From NCBI GenBank assembly GCA_963804165.1, contig CAWDPO010000003.1, positions 128,001 through 192,000 on the forward strand: a stretch of 64,000 nucleotides of DNA, written 5' to 3'. The notes under the pieces were generated by a model, which saw only the letters and a list, made by a program, of their open reading frames with translations, had not been told where the DNA came from and did not search any database. The first letter of the stretch is position 1, and every line of letters starts with the position of its first letter. Of the stretch, positions 19,412 to 29,001 are shown piece by piece. Origin of the DNA: an uncultured delta proteobacterium (lineage in GTDB: Bacteria; Desulfobacterota; Binatia; UBA9968). The translations under genes and the position numbers were made by a program.

Positions 19412-19879
19412 TTAGCATGCGCTGTCCGGCCTTGCAAATAACGCTTCGCGCGCGTGGAAATTTCCCCACGTGTACAAGAACGCGGCCAACACGAAATGGA
19501 AAAAGATTGGTATCGTGCCGCCGTACCAGCGCATCTCGGGGCGCAAGATCATAGTTATAACGTAGCGCAGCACCATGGTGGTGGCGTAAATCGCGCTGAA
19601 GCCGACGAGAAAACGCGCAAAGCGGAGTCGTTTCTGCGCAAAAAACCCTTTGCCCCGCCACACGTCGGAGACGACCTCAACCATAACGATTAACATGACC
19701 ACCTGAATCGCCAGCAGAATGGGATACGGAACCAGACCTGATGCCCACTGTTCAGCAGAAGGTAACCAGCGAACCGAAAAAAATACGACAAGACCTTGGC
19801 CCAGGACGCGAAAAAAGAATAACAGAGTGAGAAACGCGAGAACGGGCCCGTATGCGCTCGACTTCAATCTCGCTTTCAC
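19412..19879 (-). CDS. Four-TM membrane protein of unknown function
   Basis: Hydrophobic helices with W.SGLVPYP and GGTIPIFFHFVLA; overlaps the GH3 stop by 4 bp. Confidence 0.75.
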   Translation of the reverse strand: MKARLKSSAYGPVLAFLTLLFFFRVLGQGLVVFFSVRWLPSAEQWASGLVPYPILLAIQVVMLIVMVEVVSDVWRGKGFFAQKRLRFARFLVGFSAIYATTMVLRYVITMILRPEMRWYGGTIPIFFHFVLAAFLYTWGNFHAREALFARPDSAC

Positions 19880-21549
19880 GAGAGCAATTTGCCGGCCGTC
19901 TTCACGACAAATTCGATTTCGCTCGTCTCCTCCGGAGTAGCGCTCAGAAGCCGGGCTTTGAATTGCGCGTCGCGTGTCCCGGAGCGGAGAGCGTCATTGG
20001 CGCTGCGCTGGAACCAGCCCGGTTTCATCACGCACAACAGCGGCGCGCCGAGCCGCCGAGACTCACGTTTCTGCGCATACTCGATATTGAGCTCGCACAG
20101 GGACGCGTCCAGTTCCCCCAGCAATTGAACGAGCCGCTCTTGAGTTGCCATGACACCGTCCAATTCCACGAAGAACACATAAAGAGATTTTTCTACATCG
20201 GCACAGGCGCGATAGTGTTGAACCGCCATTGCCGCGGCGTTTTGCGCCTGTGCCATCGCCTGGATCACCTGGTTGACGTGAAGTTTTTCGCCGGTGATGT
20301 TGGTGACGTCGCGACCTTTGCGGACAAATTCGATCAGCGGCGTCTGGTTGTAATAGCCGGCGACGCGAACGACGTCGTTAATGTCGTAGCGGTAAAGGCC
20401 GGCGGGCGTGGTGAGAACCAGATAGTAGTTCGATCCTGCTTCGAGCTCAGTGCAGGTAAGGATCGTGGGCACCGGGCTGTCAACGTCCGATTCGGGAATG
20501 AACTCATAGAAATTTTCATCGATCGCAAGAATCCCGGCCGAGCCTGAGTCGGAAATGGGCAGGGTCATCTGCGCTTCGCTCGCCATGTAACCGAGATCGC
20601 GTGCCGGTGTTGTCTGGCCAAACCAGCGGGCAAATTCCTTGAGACGGAGGCCAACGGTGCCACCTTTCCAACAACCGATGAGTTGCAATCGCGGCCAATA
20701 CTCTTTGGGGCGGAGGGTCCCGTCGTTCTTAATTAAAGATTCTAGTCTCCTAGCGCGCGCCGGGTTTTTCCCAAGTCGGCTTCCGAGCACCGCTCGTACT
20801 TTGGGCGGCAGATTACAACGCTGGGCGATGGTGCCATCGCGAATGTCTTTGATGATTTCGTCCTTATGCCGGTCGGCGCTTTCAACGAGCTTCAGTATTG
20901 TGCTCGGGTTGGGTGTGCCCAAAAACGTGATGTTGTGTTCCAGCGCCAAGCGCATCGTAAGATAGTATTTCGATTCGAAGTCGTTGACTTCAGCAATTTC
21001 GTAGGGCACCGCGTAAGCATTTTTGATCCAGCTTGGACTGCTCTGATAGATCAATCCGGAAGCCGCGCCGAAAGCGACGTTGCCCGCGGTGTGGCCCTCG
21101 ATGGCGGGACTCACGACACCGAGCAGCTTGCCGCTAAACAGATCGGGATGGTCCACGAGAGCGCGGTAATACCAAAATCTGGTGAGTTGACGATGATTCC
21201 GGCGCGTGGTCTCTGTGACGGGGATCAGTTTGGGCTGACCGGTGCTGCCGCTGGTCATCGTGAACATCAATGCCGGCTCCGCGGTCAAGACGTTCGACTC
21301 GCCATTTTGCGCACGCTCGACGTAAGAGCGCAGGTGCTCGTAGTCGCCGATGTCAACCTGTTTGCGGTATTCGCTGAGAGAATGAATCGTGTCGAAATGA
21401 TGATCGCGACCGAAGCGCGCGCCGCGATTTCGACTTACAATATCGAGAAGCAAGCGATTCTGAATTCGTTCTGGATTCGTCGTGAGGCTCTCCCAGCGTG
21501 TCCACTGGCGGCGTGTAAGGAACGTAGCGGTTTTGAGAAGGATACCCAT
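19876..21549 (-). CDS. GH3 family acyl-acid amido synthetase
   Basis: GH3 motifs MTSGSTGQPKLIP, GYMASE, GLYRYDINDVVRV; also LNIEYAQKR. Confidence 0.9.
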   Translation of the reverse strand: MGILLKTATFLTRRQWTRWESLTTNPERIQNRLLLDIVSRNRGARFGRDHHFDTIHSLSEYRKQVDIGDYEHLRSYVERAQNGESNVLTAEPALMFTMTSGSTGQPKLIPVTETTRRNHRQLTRFWYYRALVDHPDLFSGKLLGVVSPAIEGHTAGNVAFGAASGLIYQSSPSWIKNAYAVPYEIAEVNDFESKYYLTMRLALEHNITFLGTPNPSTILKLVESADRHKDEIIKDIRDGTIAQRCNLPPKVRAVLGSRLGKNPARARRLESLIKNDGTLRPKEYWPRLQLIGCWKGGTVGLRLKEFARWFGQTTPARDLGYMASEAQMTLPISDSGSAGILAIDENFYEFIPESDVDSPVPTILTCTELEAGSNYYLVLTTPAGLYRYDINDVVRVAGYYNQTPLIEFVRKGRDVTNITGEKLHVNQVIQAMAQAQNAAAMAVQHYRACADVEKSLYVFFVELDGVMATQERLVQLLGELDASLCELNIEYAQKRESRRLGAPLLCVMKPGWFQRSANDALRSGTRDAQFKARLLSATPEETSEIEFVVKTAGKLLS

Positions 21550-21555
21550 TTCACT

Positions 21556-23427
21556 CTATCGGCGCACTTCGTGCTTGGTGATTGCGAGGCGTTCCAAAAC
21601 GTCTTCACTGACCGTAACGCTGAGGCCGCGTGTTTTGAGGAGAGGCGCGCGCCCGGCGAAACCGAAAGCGACGTTTTCGAACGTGACATCCTCGGCGAGG
21701 AGCCAGGTGCCGAAGGAGCCTTCGGCGAATTCGAGCGCCGGCAAATGTGCCGCAAAGGTTCGGCCTGCGGCCGAAAGAATGCCGGTTTCGCCCACTTGCG
21801 CGCCGACTTGGATCTTGATGCCCGCGTCATGCGTGAGCTTGGCGATGGCCAAGCTGCCGGAGATGCCGGCGTTTTTCGACAAGCGAATGTTGAAGTAATC
21901 ACAGGCGCCACGCTCGATGAGGCGGCGCGCCTGTTCGAGCGTGACGAGGGATTCGTCGGCCATGACGGCGAGTCCACTTTCGGAACGCACGTGTTTCATT
22001 CCTTCGAGATCGTCGGCCGGCACCGGCTGCTCGATCACTGATAATTTAAATTGCCCGAGTCGCCTTAGTTGTTCCACGGCTTCATCGGCATTCCAAGCGC
22101 CGTTGGCATCCGCGCGCAATTCAACCTGGTCACCGACGGCTTTACGCACGGCCTCGAGGCGCGCCGCGTCGTTGGACGTGCCGACTTTCACCTTGATCTG
22201 ACGCAATCCCAAGCGCGCCATACGTTTGGCCAGAGCGGCGGCGTCTTTCGGTTCATCGGCGGAGATCACACCGCTATAGACGACTTCGAAACGCGCGGGG
22301 GCAAGCAGATCCGCCAGCGCGCAATGGCCGCCGCGCAGGCTCCAATCGAGAAGCGCCAATTCCACCGCGCAAAATGCCGCATTCCAAGCGGTGACAGCGG
22401 TTTCTCCGTAGCCGCTGCGCGTCCAGTCCGGCATCAGCGCTTGCAGGTGTTCAAGAGCTTCCCATCCAGGAATAAAGGTTTCACCAAAAATGTTTGGTGT
22501 CAGATGATCGCGAATGCGCGCAACCATGGTTTCCGTCGTTTCTCCACTGACATAGGAACGAGGCAAGCTCTCGCCGAAACCGCTGCGTCCGTCGTCGCCG
22601 GTGACTTTGATGATCACCGTGTCGCTCTCTTCGCGGCTCTGCAGCGCGTGGCGAAAAGTCTGTTTAAACGGGATACCTAACTGGTAGATGGTTACGGACT
22701 CGATGTGCCGCGCCTTTGCCGCAGTTGATTTCATTCGAGTACGTTGTTTCGAGCTGGGCGGAAAATAATGACGCACGAAGAGGTTGTCGTCGAGAGTTAA
22801 ACGCGCGATCCGGTCGAATAGTGTGTCTGAGATTTGGTGAAAGTCCGAATAGTCCTGGATCACCGTCACGCCTTCCTCGGCGTGGCGGACATCGACCTCG
22901 GAATGAAGCGCAAACCAGTGCAGTGCCGGTTTGGGGATTGCGTAGCGGTTCGTCAAGGCTTCGGCGATTTCGCTCGAACAGCGCGACAGCATGAACTCGA
23001 AGCTCATGGTTTCGAGCAGGACGGACAGGCAAAGCTCACGCAGGGTCGCCACCGGCACGCGGGTGGCGCAGAAGATCGCGACGCGTTTGCGCGCGTCGGC
23101 GACCAGATCGTCGATTTCACTGTCAGTAAAACCCACGCCGCGGGCCAATTCCAAAAGCAGCGCCGAGTGCGGCTTCTCGTGCTCCGAGCAGCCCATTTCT
23201 TCCATGAGGTTCTCTTTTAATGACTCTGCGCCGCTCGACGGCAGAGAAGCGAAACACAGCGCGACGATATGCGACGACAGAAAGTGGGTGCGAAAAACGT
23301 TGCGGAGAAACTCGAGCGCGGCGTCGCGCGTAGCATATCCCGATACTAGGTCGCGGTACTCGGGAGATTCCTTGAACTCGCGAGTAGCGCTTTCAAAGAA
23401 TTCGATTATCGTCTTCGCGGCGACCAT
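21556..23427 (-). CDS. Fusion of an N-terminal haem-oxygenase-like diiron (CADD/PqqC-like) domain and a C-terminal enolase-superfamily (MLE/epimerase-like) domain
   Basis: RBS GAGGTG before ATG 23427. N-domain: NLMEEMG...PH, LLETMSFE, HSEVDVRH. C-domain: GFGESLPRSYVSGET, KVKVG, ADANG, IEQP, ADES, NIRLSK, GAQVGET. Confidence 0.85.
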   Translation of the reverse strand: MVAAKTIIEFFESATREFKESPEYRDLVSGYATRDAALEFLRNVFRTHFLSSHIVALCFASLPSSGAESLKENLMEEMGCSEHEKPHSALLLELARGVGFTDSEIDDLVADARKRVAIFCATRVPVATLRELCLSVLLETMSFEFMLSRCSSEIAEALTNRYAIPKPALHWFALHSEVDVRHAEEGVTVIQDYSDFHQISDTLFDRIARLTLDDNLFVRHYFPPSSKQRTRMKSTAAKARHIESVTIYQLGIPFKQTFRHALQSREESDTVIIKVTGDDGRSGFGESLPRSYVSGETTETMVARIRDHLTPNIFGETFIPGWEALEHLQALMPDWTRSGYGETAVTAWNAAFCAVELALLDWSLRGGHCALADLLAPARFEVVYSGVISADEPKDAAALAKRMARLGLRQIKVKVGTSNDAARLEAVRKAVGDQVELRADANGAWNADEAVEQLRRLGQFKLSVIEQPVPADDLEGMKHVRSESGLAVMADESLVTLEQARRLIERGACDYFNIRLSKNAGISGSLAIAKLTHDAGIKIQVGAQVGETGILSAAGRTFAAHLPALEFAEGSFGTWLLAEDVTFENVAFGFAGRAPLLKTRGLSVTVSEDVLERLAITKHEVRR

Positions 23428-23474
23428 GATCACCTCATTCAACAAACGGCGAAGCGGTGCGTTTAACCAGTCGG

Positions 23475-26400
23475 TCAGCTTCGCTCCAGAGCCAGCGCTT
23501 TTACTTTTTTGAGGTCCGCTTTGCCTGATCCGAGCACAGGAATGGCATCGATGGGATGGAGATTCTCGCGTTTCGGGACCCAGAGCTTGGGCAACTCGGA
23601 CTGATTGAGCTTGCTCCATAACTCGTCGCGCGTGACACCGTTGTGCGCGTAGAAGGCGACAAGCTTCTCGCCGCGTTGCTCGTCTGGAATCGCGGTGACG
23701 ACGGAGGCCACGTGACCCAGTACTTCGTTGATCACTTCCTCGACTTTCATATGTGGCACCATCTCGCCGCCGATTTTACTGAAGCGCGAGACCCGATCGG
23801 TGATGCGAATGAACCCGTCTTCGTCGATCGCCCCAACATCGCCGGTAACATACCAGCCGCGACGCATCGCTTGTTCGGTTAGATTAGGTTGGTTGAGATA
23901 ACCGAGCATGACGTTGGGACCTTTGATCAGCAATAACCCTTCTTCGCCGGGACCGAGAGGTTGCTCGGTATCCGGATCAATGATCTTCGCCGCGACGCCG
24001 GGGATCGGGTGGCCGACAGTGCCGGGTTTGTGGCTGATCTGGTTTTCCTTGCCATCGACGACGTCCGGGGTATTAACCGCGACCACCGGCGCCAGCTCCG
24101 TGCAGCCGTAACCTTCGAGGATCGTCAAGCCAAATTTCTCTTGAAAGCCTTTGGCAATCTGTTCGCGCAATTTTTCAGCGCCGGCGATGATGTAGCGCAG
24201 GCTGGCAAATTCCTCCTTGCTGCAGCGGCGCCAGTAGCTGACATAGAAAGTCGGCGTGCTGATCAAAAGCGTGGCTTGGTATTTTTGGACAGTCTCGCCG
24301 ATGGTTTTGGCGTCGGTGGGATTGGGATGGTAAACCGCGCCGAACCTTTCGAGCACCGGCAGCCACAGCGTTGCAGTGAAACCGAAGGAATGAAACAGCG
24401 GCAGCACTCCCATGATACGATCGGTCGGTGTAAACCGGATGACTTGGGCGATCCCTTCGACGTTCGACAAGATGTTATGATGCGACAGCATGACGCCCTT
24501 GGGTGTGCCGGTACTGCCGCTGGAAAAAATCACCGTCGCGAGATCATTGGGCCGCTGTTGCTTGAGATAGCGGCGGTTCAACCAGCCTGCCGGTGTAGGA
24601 AAAGTTCTGACCGCCGTCGCGGCCTTGCGCAAGCCGGTGAAGGTTTCCCGAATATCTTCGACGAAAACCATTCCTTCCATCTCGCCTATGTTCGCCTTCG
24701 ATAAAAATGCCTGGGACGTGACGATGGTTTCTATCCCGCACTGCGCGACCGCCGCGCTCATCGTCTCCGCCCCTGAAGTGAAATTTAGGTTTACGGGCAC
24801 TTTCCCAGCTAATAAGATTGAAATATTCACCAGCGATCCGCCCACCGACGGCGGTAGAATAACGCCTACCATCGTCTGATTGACGCAATGGTTTCTGACC
24901 CAGCGTGCGAACAGCAAAGCGCCGATCAATGTTTTTCCGTAGGTCAACTCCACGCCTGTAGTGTCGGCCATACAGAAGGAAAACCAATTGCGCTTTGCTA
25001 TTCTAATGAATTTGGCGTGAAGGAGATCGGCAGTGCTTTCGCGGCAGTCGAACGCGTTGCTCTCGAGTTCGAGGACGGCATTGCGAACTTGATGGACGCT
25101 GGCAGTGGACGGCAGCGGTGACCCAAAAGAGACCGTGACGGGATAGGAGAACTTTTTCGGCCACTTCCAGAAAAAACGCCCATCCGCAAAGCTGAAGATA
25201 CTGCCCCAGAGTTGGTCGATGTGAACCGGTATGATCGGTATATTTGTGCCTTCGACGATCTTCTCGAAGCCGCGTTTGAATGGCAGCAAATGGCCCACGC
25301 GGCTAATCGCGCCTTCCGCGAAGATGCAGACCATGTGGCCGTTGTCCAATTCGTTGCGTGCGCGTTTGAGCGACTGGACGATATCGCGCCGGTTGGTCGC
25401 CGATACCGGTATGGAGCGCATCAGTCGGAAAAACCAATTGAGCCACTTGAGGTCGTAATAGTCGCGGTGCAGCATAAAGCGCACGAAGCGGGGCGTGCCG
25501 CCGCCGATCATGAGCGCGTCGACGAAAGAAACGTGATTCGAAACGAGTAATGCCGGACCGTGCGCTGGCAGGTTTTCGGCGCCAACGATTTTGATCCGAT
25601 AGATCGTGTGAGTGAAGAGCCACAGAATGAAGCGGACGAAATAATCGGGCAGGAAATAAAGAATCACTCCCGTGCCGGCCAAGGTGACAAGTCCGGTTAG
25701 AAGAATGATCGAATCGGGAGAAAATGCGAGCGGCGCTTTGAGAATCCAGTGAATGCCAGCGGCAAGAAAAATTCCGATGGTATTCATAAAATTGTTGGTT
25801 GCGATCAGTTGGCCCTTCTCCTCTTTACCGCTGCGCTGCTGCAGTAACGCGTTCAGCGGCACGGCGAACAGTCCGGCGGAGAATCCGAGCAGCGTCAGCG
25901 AAGCGCATGTGTAAGGATAGGACGGAGCGGAAAGTGCCACCAAACCGAGGCAAACACCCATTGCTACCGACCCCAGTGGCACCAAGCCCAGCTCGATATG
26001 ATCGCCCGAGAGCCGGCCCGCAGCGAGGCTCCCCGCGCCGATGCCGATCGCCAAAAACGTTCCAAGCAGGCCGATGTGGAACTCATCCAATTGCAAAAGC
26101 TCTTTGCCAAAAAATAGGAGATTGATCTGAACGAGGGCGCCGAGAAACCAAAAGTAGGAAATCCCGATCACCGTTAGCCAGAGCACTCTCTCGGCGCGCA
26201 AGCGGCCGAGGCCTTCGAAGACTTCGCGCAGCGGATTGAGCCGCAGAAGTTTTGCGGCGCCTGAGGCGGGAACCCGAGTGATGCCGAGACTCGTAAACAT
26301 GCCCAGGCCGGCAATGGCGATCATTAAAATGCCGATCAGAGGCAGCTTGTCTTTCCACACGGCAAAGATCGCGCCTCCTACGGAAGTGCCGAGAATGATC

Positions 26401-26867
26401 GCCATAAAAGTGCTCATCTCGAGCAGGCCATTGCCCCGCGACAGCTCTCTTTCGGGAAGCATCTCCGGCAAAATGCCGTATTTGGCCGGGCTGAAGAAAG
26501 CGGCGTGGAGTCCCATGAGAAAGACTATGGCGAGCATGGACTGAATATGACCGGTGAAGAATGCCGCGAGCGCCAACAGCATGATCCCGATTTCGCATAC
26601 CTTAACCGCGACTAAGATGGTTCTCTTACTGTAGACATCGGCCAGATAACCCGCATAGCCTGAAAACAGCGCTCCCGGCAGTATGAACAGAAAAGCGATC
26701 AGCTCGACGTAACTATCGGCGCCTTGCGTTGCCAAATCCAAGGCGATGAACGACACCACAATCTTCAAAAAGTTGTCGTTAAACGCGCCGAGAAATTGCG
26801 TGCAGAAAAAAGCAAAAAAGCCCGGCTGCCTGAGCGTGTCGGTGTATTTGCCGTCGGTCATTGCCAT
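23475..26867 (-). CDS. aas: Aas-like trifunctional MFS / acyltransferase / acyl-ACP synthetase
   Basis: TQFLGAFNDN MFS domain; NHVSFVD and FAEG acyltransferase motifs; FSSGSTGTPKGV and EGYGCTE AMP-binding motifs. Confidence 0.9.
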   Translation of the reverse strand: MAMTDGKYTDTLRQPGFFAFFCTQFLGAFNDNFLKIVVSFIALDLATQGADSYVELIAFLFILPGALFSGYAGYLADVYSKRTILVAVKVCEIGIMLLALAAFFTGHIQSMLAIVFLMGLHAAFFSPAKYGILPEMLPERELSRGNGLLEMSTFMAIILGTSVGGAIFAVWKDKLPLIGILMIAIAGLGMFTSLGITRVPASGAAKLLRLNPLREVFEGLGRLRAERVLWLTVIGISYFWFLGALVQINLLFFGKELLQLDEFHIGLLGTFLAIGIGAGSLAAGRLSGDHIELGLVPLGSVAMGVCLGLVALSAPSYPYTCASLTLLGFSAGLFAVPLNALLQQRSGKEEKGQLIATNNFMNTIGIFLAAGIHWILKAPLAFSPDSIILLTGLVTLAGTGVILYFLPDYFVRFILWLFTHTIYRIKIVGAENLPAHGPALLVSNHVSFVDALMIGGGTPRFVRFMLHRDYYDLKWLNWFFRLMRSIPVSATNRRDIVQSLKRARNELDNGHMVCIFAEGAISRVGHLLPFKRGFEKIVEGTNIPIIPVHIDQLWGSIFSFADGRFFWKWPKKFSYPVTVSFGSPLPSTASVHQVRNAVLELESNAFDCRESTADLLHAKFIRIAKRNWFSFCMADTTGVELTYGKTLIGALLFARWVRNHCVNQTMVGVILPPSVGGSLVNISILLAGKVPVNLNFTSGAETMSAAVAQCGIETIVTSQAFLSKANIGEMEGMVFVEDIRETFTGLRKAATAVRTFPTPAGWLNRRYLKQQRPNDLATVIFSSGSTGTPKGVMLSHHNILSNVEGIAQVIRFTPTDRIMGVLPLFHSFGFTATLWLPVLERFGAVYHPNPTDAKTIGETVQKYQATLLISTPTFYVSYWRRCSKEEFASLRYIIAGAEKLREQIAKGFQEKFGLTILEGYGCTELAPVVAVNTPDVVDGKENQISHKPGTVGHPIPGVAAKIIDPDTEQPLGPGEEGLLLIKGPNVMLGYLNQPNLTEQAMRRGWYVTGDVGAIDEDGFIRITDRVSRFSKIGGEMVPHMKVEEVINEVLGHVASVVTAIPDEQRGEKLVAFYAHNGVTRDELWSKLNQSELPKLWVPKRENLHPIDAIPVLGSGKADLKKVKALALERS

Positions 26868-27058
26868 CTCAGATTACTAGCGTCTATTTTTTTCGGCAAG
26901 TTCAAAACCCAAAACAAAATTGCGGTCCGTCACCGTGAAGCGGCCGCGATCGCGAAGACAGAAAACTCAAGGAAGATTTCAAATGAATACCCTAAACGCA
27001 ACAATCACGGAACCGCATAAACTATTGCACACATTCAAGCAACCGACCATAATCGGGC

Positions 27059-27832
27059 ATGGAAATCAGCCGGTTTAGTGTTCCCCAGTGGGAGAATCAT
27101 GTCGGCTTGCTGCACGGCTTCATGGGCCGGCGCGGTGGCAAGAGCATCGGGCCGTATGCCGCGCTGAATGTCTCTTACCGCGTCGGCGACGATCCGAAAG
27201 TTGTCAGTCAGAACATCTGCGATATGAAGCTCGCCGTCGGCATTCACGACGGGCGAATCGTCACCTTGCGGCAAGTGCACGGTGATCACGTCGTCGAAGT
27301 CCAAGACAAAACTCTCAAAGAGGCGGGCGAAGCGGATGGAATGATCACGAGGGAACCGGATGTTTATCTCGGGGTGTTAACCGCCGACTGCGTGCCGATT
27401 CTCTTCGTCGCGCCCAAGCAGAAGTTGGTTGCTGCCGTCCACGCCGGCTGGCGCGGCACGTTGGCCGGGATCGCGGAAAAGACTGCACGCTTATTCAGGA
27501 GCCGATACGATGTTCAACCAAGTGATTTGGAGGTCGCGCTGGGTCCTTCCATCGGGCCGTGTTGTTATGAAGTGAAGGACGATGTCGTCGTTCCGCTAAT
27601 GAAAAAATGGGGGAAGTTGACGACTCCCAGCGTCTTGGTCAAGCAAGGCAAGTCGTTTGTCAATTTGCGCCGGCTCAACCGAGATATTCTCCGCGCCGCC
27701 GGAGTGCCCGGAAAGCAACTCTTTCAAGTCGGACCCTGCACCAGTTGCGTCACGGAAGAGTTTTTCTCCTACCGGCGCGAGCGCAGTGAAACCGGCCGGC
27801 AAATGAGCGTGATTGGCTGGTCGCCCGCCTAG
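27059..27832 (+). CDS. pgeF: PgeF/YfiH peptidoglycan editing factor
   Basis: QVHG, TADCVPIL, HAGWRG, GPSIGPCCYEV, FFSYRR. Confidence 0.93.
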   Translation: MEISRFSVPQWENHVGLLHGFMGRRGGKSIGPYAALNVSYRVGDDPKVVSQNICDMKLAVGIHDGRIVTLRQVHGDHVVEVQDKTLKEAGEADGMITREPDVYLGVLTADCVPILFVAPKQKLVAAVHAGWRGTLAGIAEKTARLFRSRYDVQPSDLEVALGPSIGPCCYEVKDDVVVPLMKKWGKLTTPSVLVKQGKSFVNLRRLNRDILRAAGVPGKQLFQVGPCTSCVTEEFFSYRRERSETGRQMSVIGWSPA

Positions 27833-27857
27833 TGCCCCAGCCATCGGCAAATTTCTG

Positions 27858-27886
27858 TTGACGTCTTGCGGCTAAGTAGCTAGTTT
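27858..27886 (+). promoter_or_regulatory. Putative sigma70 promoter of the ABC operon
   Basis: TTGACG-17 bp-TAGTTT upstream of 27931. Confidence 0.4.
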
Positions 27887-27930
27887 TACCAGGCTCTCGT
27901 GGCGATTTTCTTATTCTGGCGGAGGAATCT

Positions 27931-28893
27931 ATGGGGATTACGCGACGACAATTTCTAGCCACGCTAACGGTAGGTGTGACGAGTTTGGGGGTGACGCGCG
28001 ATTTCAGTTGGGCGCAGGCGAAGGGCAAGCTCGGCTACATGAAGATCGTCGATAACGCGGCGATGTTCGTGGCGATGGAAAAAGGTTTCTTCAAAGCCGA
28101 AGGGCTCGAGTTGGAGACCGTGCCGATGGCGGGCGGAGCGGTGATCGTGCAAGGGGTGACCTCGGGCGACCTGCAGTTCGGCTGGACCAACGTCATTTCT
28201 TTGTATCAGGCTTACGTCGAAGGGTTCGACTTCAAACTGATCGCCGGCGGCGCGACCAACGTCAGAGGCAGCAACGAAACGCACGCGATCGTCGTCGGGA
28301 AAGATTCCTCTATCAAGAGCGCCAAAGATCTCGAAGGGAAAACCGTTGCGGTTAACACGTTGAACAACATCGTCCATTTGATGGCGATGGCGTGGGTCGA
28401 CAAGAACGGCGGCATCTCAAGTAAAATAAAGTTCGTGGAGATTCCATTTCCGCAAATGGAGCCCGCGCTCGTGGCGGGTAAAGTAGACGCCATCAGCGTG
28501 CAGGAGCCCTTTGCCGCGGTGGCCGCGCGAAAGCCAGAGACTCGGGTGTTATCGAATCCCTGGGGCGATGTCGCGCCGAAATTCTTGATCGCCAGCTGGT
28601 TCGCCTCGGAAAAGTGGATTCAAAAAAATAAGAGTACAGCCCAGGCATTCGTGCGCGCGATCAATCGCGGCATCGACGCGATTCATGCGGATAAGGATGG
28701 CGCCCGTGCCGCGATGATCAAGTGGGCGGGGCTCAATCCAGAAATGGTCGGCAAGATCGGTTTGCCGCTTTTTGAAAAGGCCGTCAATGAGAAAGACGTT
28801 CAAGCGACCATCGATTTGACGGTAAAATACAAATTTATAACCCGAGCCCTCAAAGCGAGAGAAGTGATCAGCGACATCACGCCGAAGGCATGA
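27931..28893 (+). CDS. NMT1/SsuA-type ABC substrate-binding protein with Tat signal
   Basis: Twin-arginine TRRQFL; EKGFFKAEGLELE; DLEGKTVAV. Confidence 0.9.
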   Translation: MGITRRQFLATLTVGVTSLGVTRDFSWAQAKGKLGYMKIVDNAAMFVAMEKGFFKAEGLELETVPMAGGAVIVQGVTSGDLQFGWTNVISLYQAYVEGFDFKLIAGGATNVRGSNETHAIVVGKDSSIKSAKDLEGKTVAVNTLNNIVHLMAMAWVDKNGGISSKIKFVEIPFPQMEPALVAGKVDAISVQEPFAAVAARKPETRVLSNPWGDVAPKFLIASWFASEKWIQKNKSTAQAFVRAINRGIDAIHADKDGARAAMIKWAGLNPEMVGKIGLPLFEKAVNEKDVQATIDLTVKYKFITRALKAREVISDITPKA

Positions 28894-28902
28894 CAAGGAT
28901 GC

Positions 28903-28990
28903 TGGAGTGATGGAGTATTGGAGTGTTGGAATAATGGGCTTTTGATCCCACCAATATTCCAGTACTCCATCATTCGAATACTCCAATTCC
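28903..28990. repeat. Inverted pair of octamer tandem repeats (TGGAGTAT-like / ATACTCCA-like)
   Basis: TGGAGTGA TGGAGTAT TGGAGTGT TGGAATAA TGGG ... CCAATATTCC AGTACTCC ATCATTCG AATACTCC. Confidence 0.9.
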
Positions 28991-29001
28991 TCTACTCTCT
29001 C

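Noticed and set aside
20866-22041. 391-aa + strand ORF
   Set aside because: Antisense shadow of the GH3 and enolase genes with no recognisable motifs; expected in GC-rich DNA.
23428-23619. CHSC-containing N-terminal extension of the diiron/enolase fusion
   Set aside because: It overlaps the aas 3' end, and a good RBS precedes ATG 23427.
28918-29001. N-terminal extension of the ABC ATPase (and likewise 38778-38894 of UbiD)
   Set aside because: These run through the octamer repeat elements; family similarity begins at the downstream starts.
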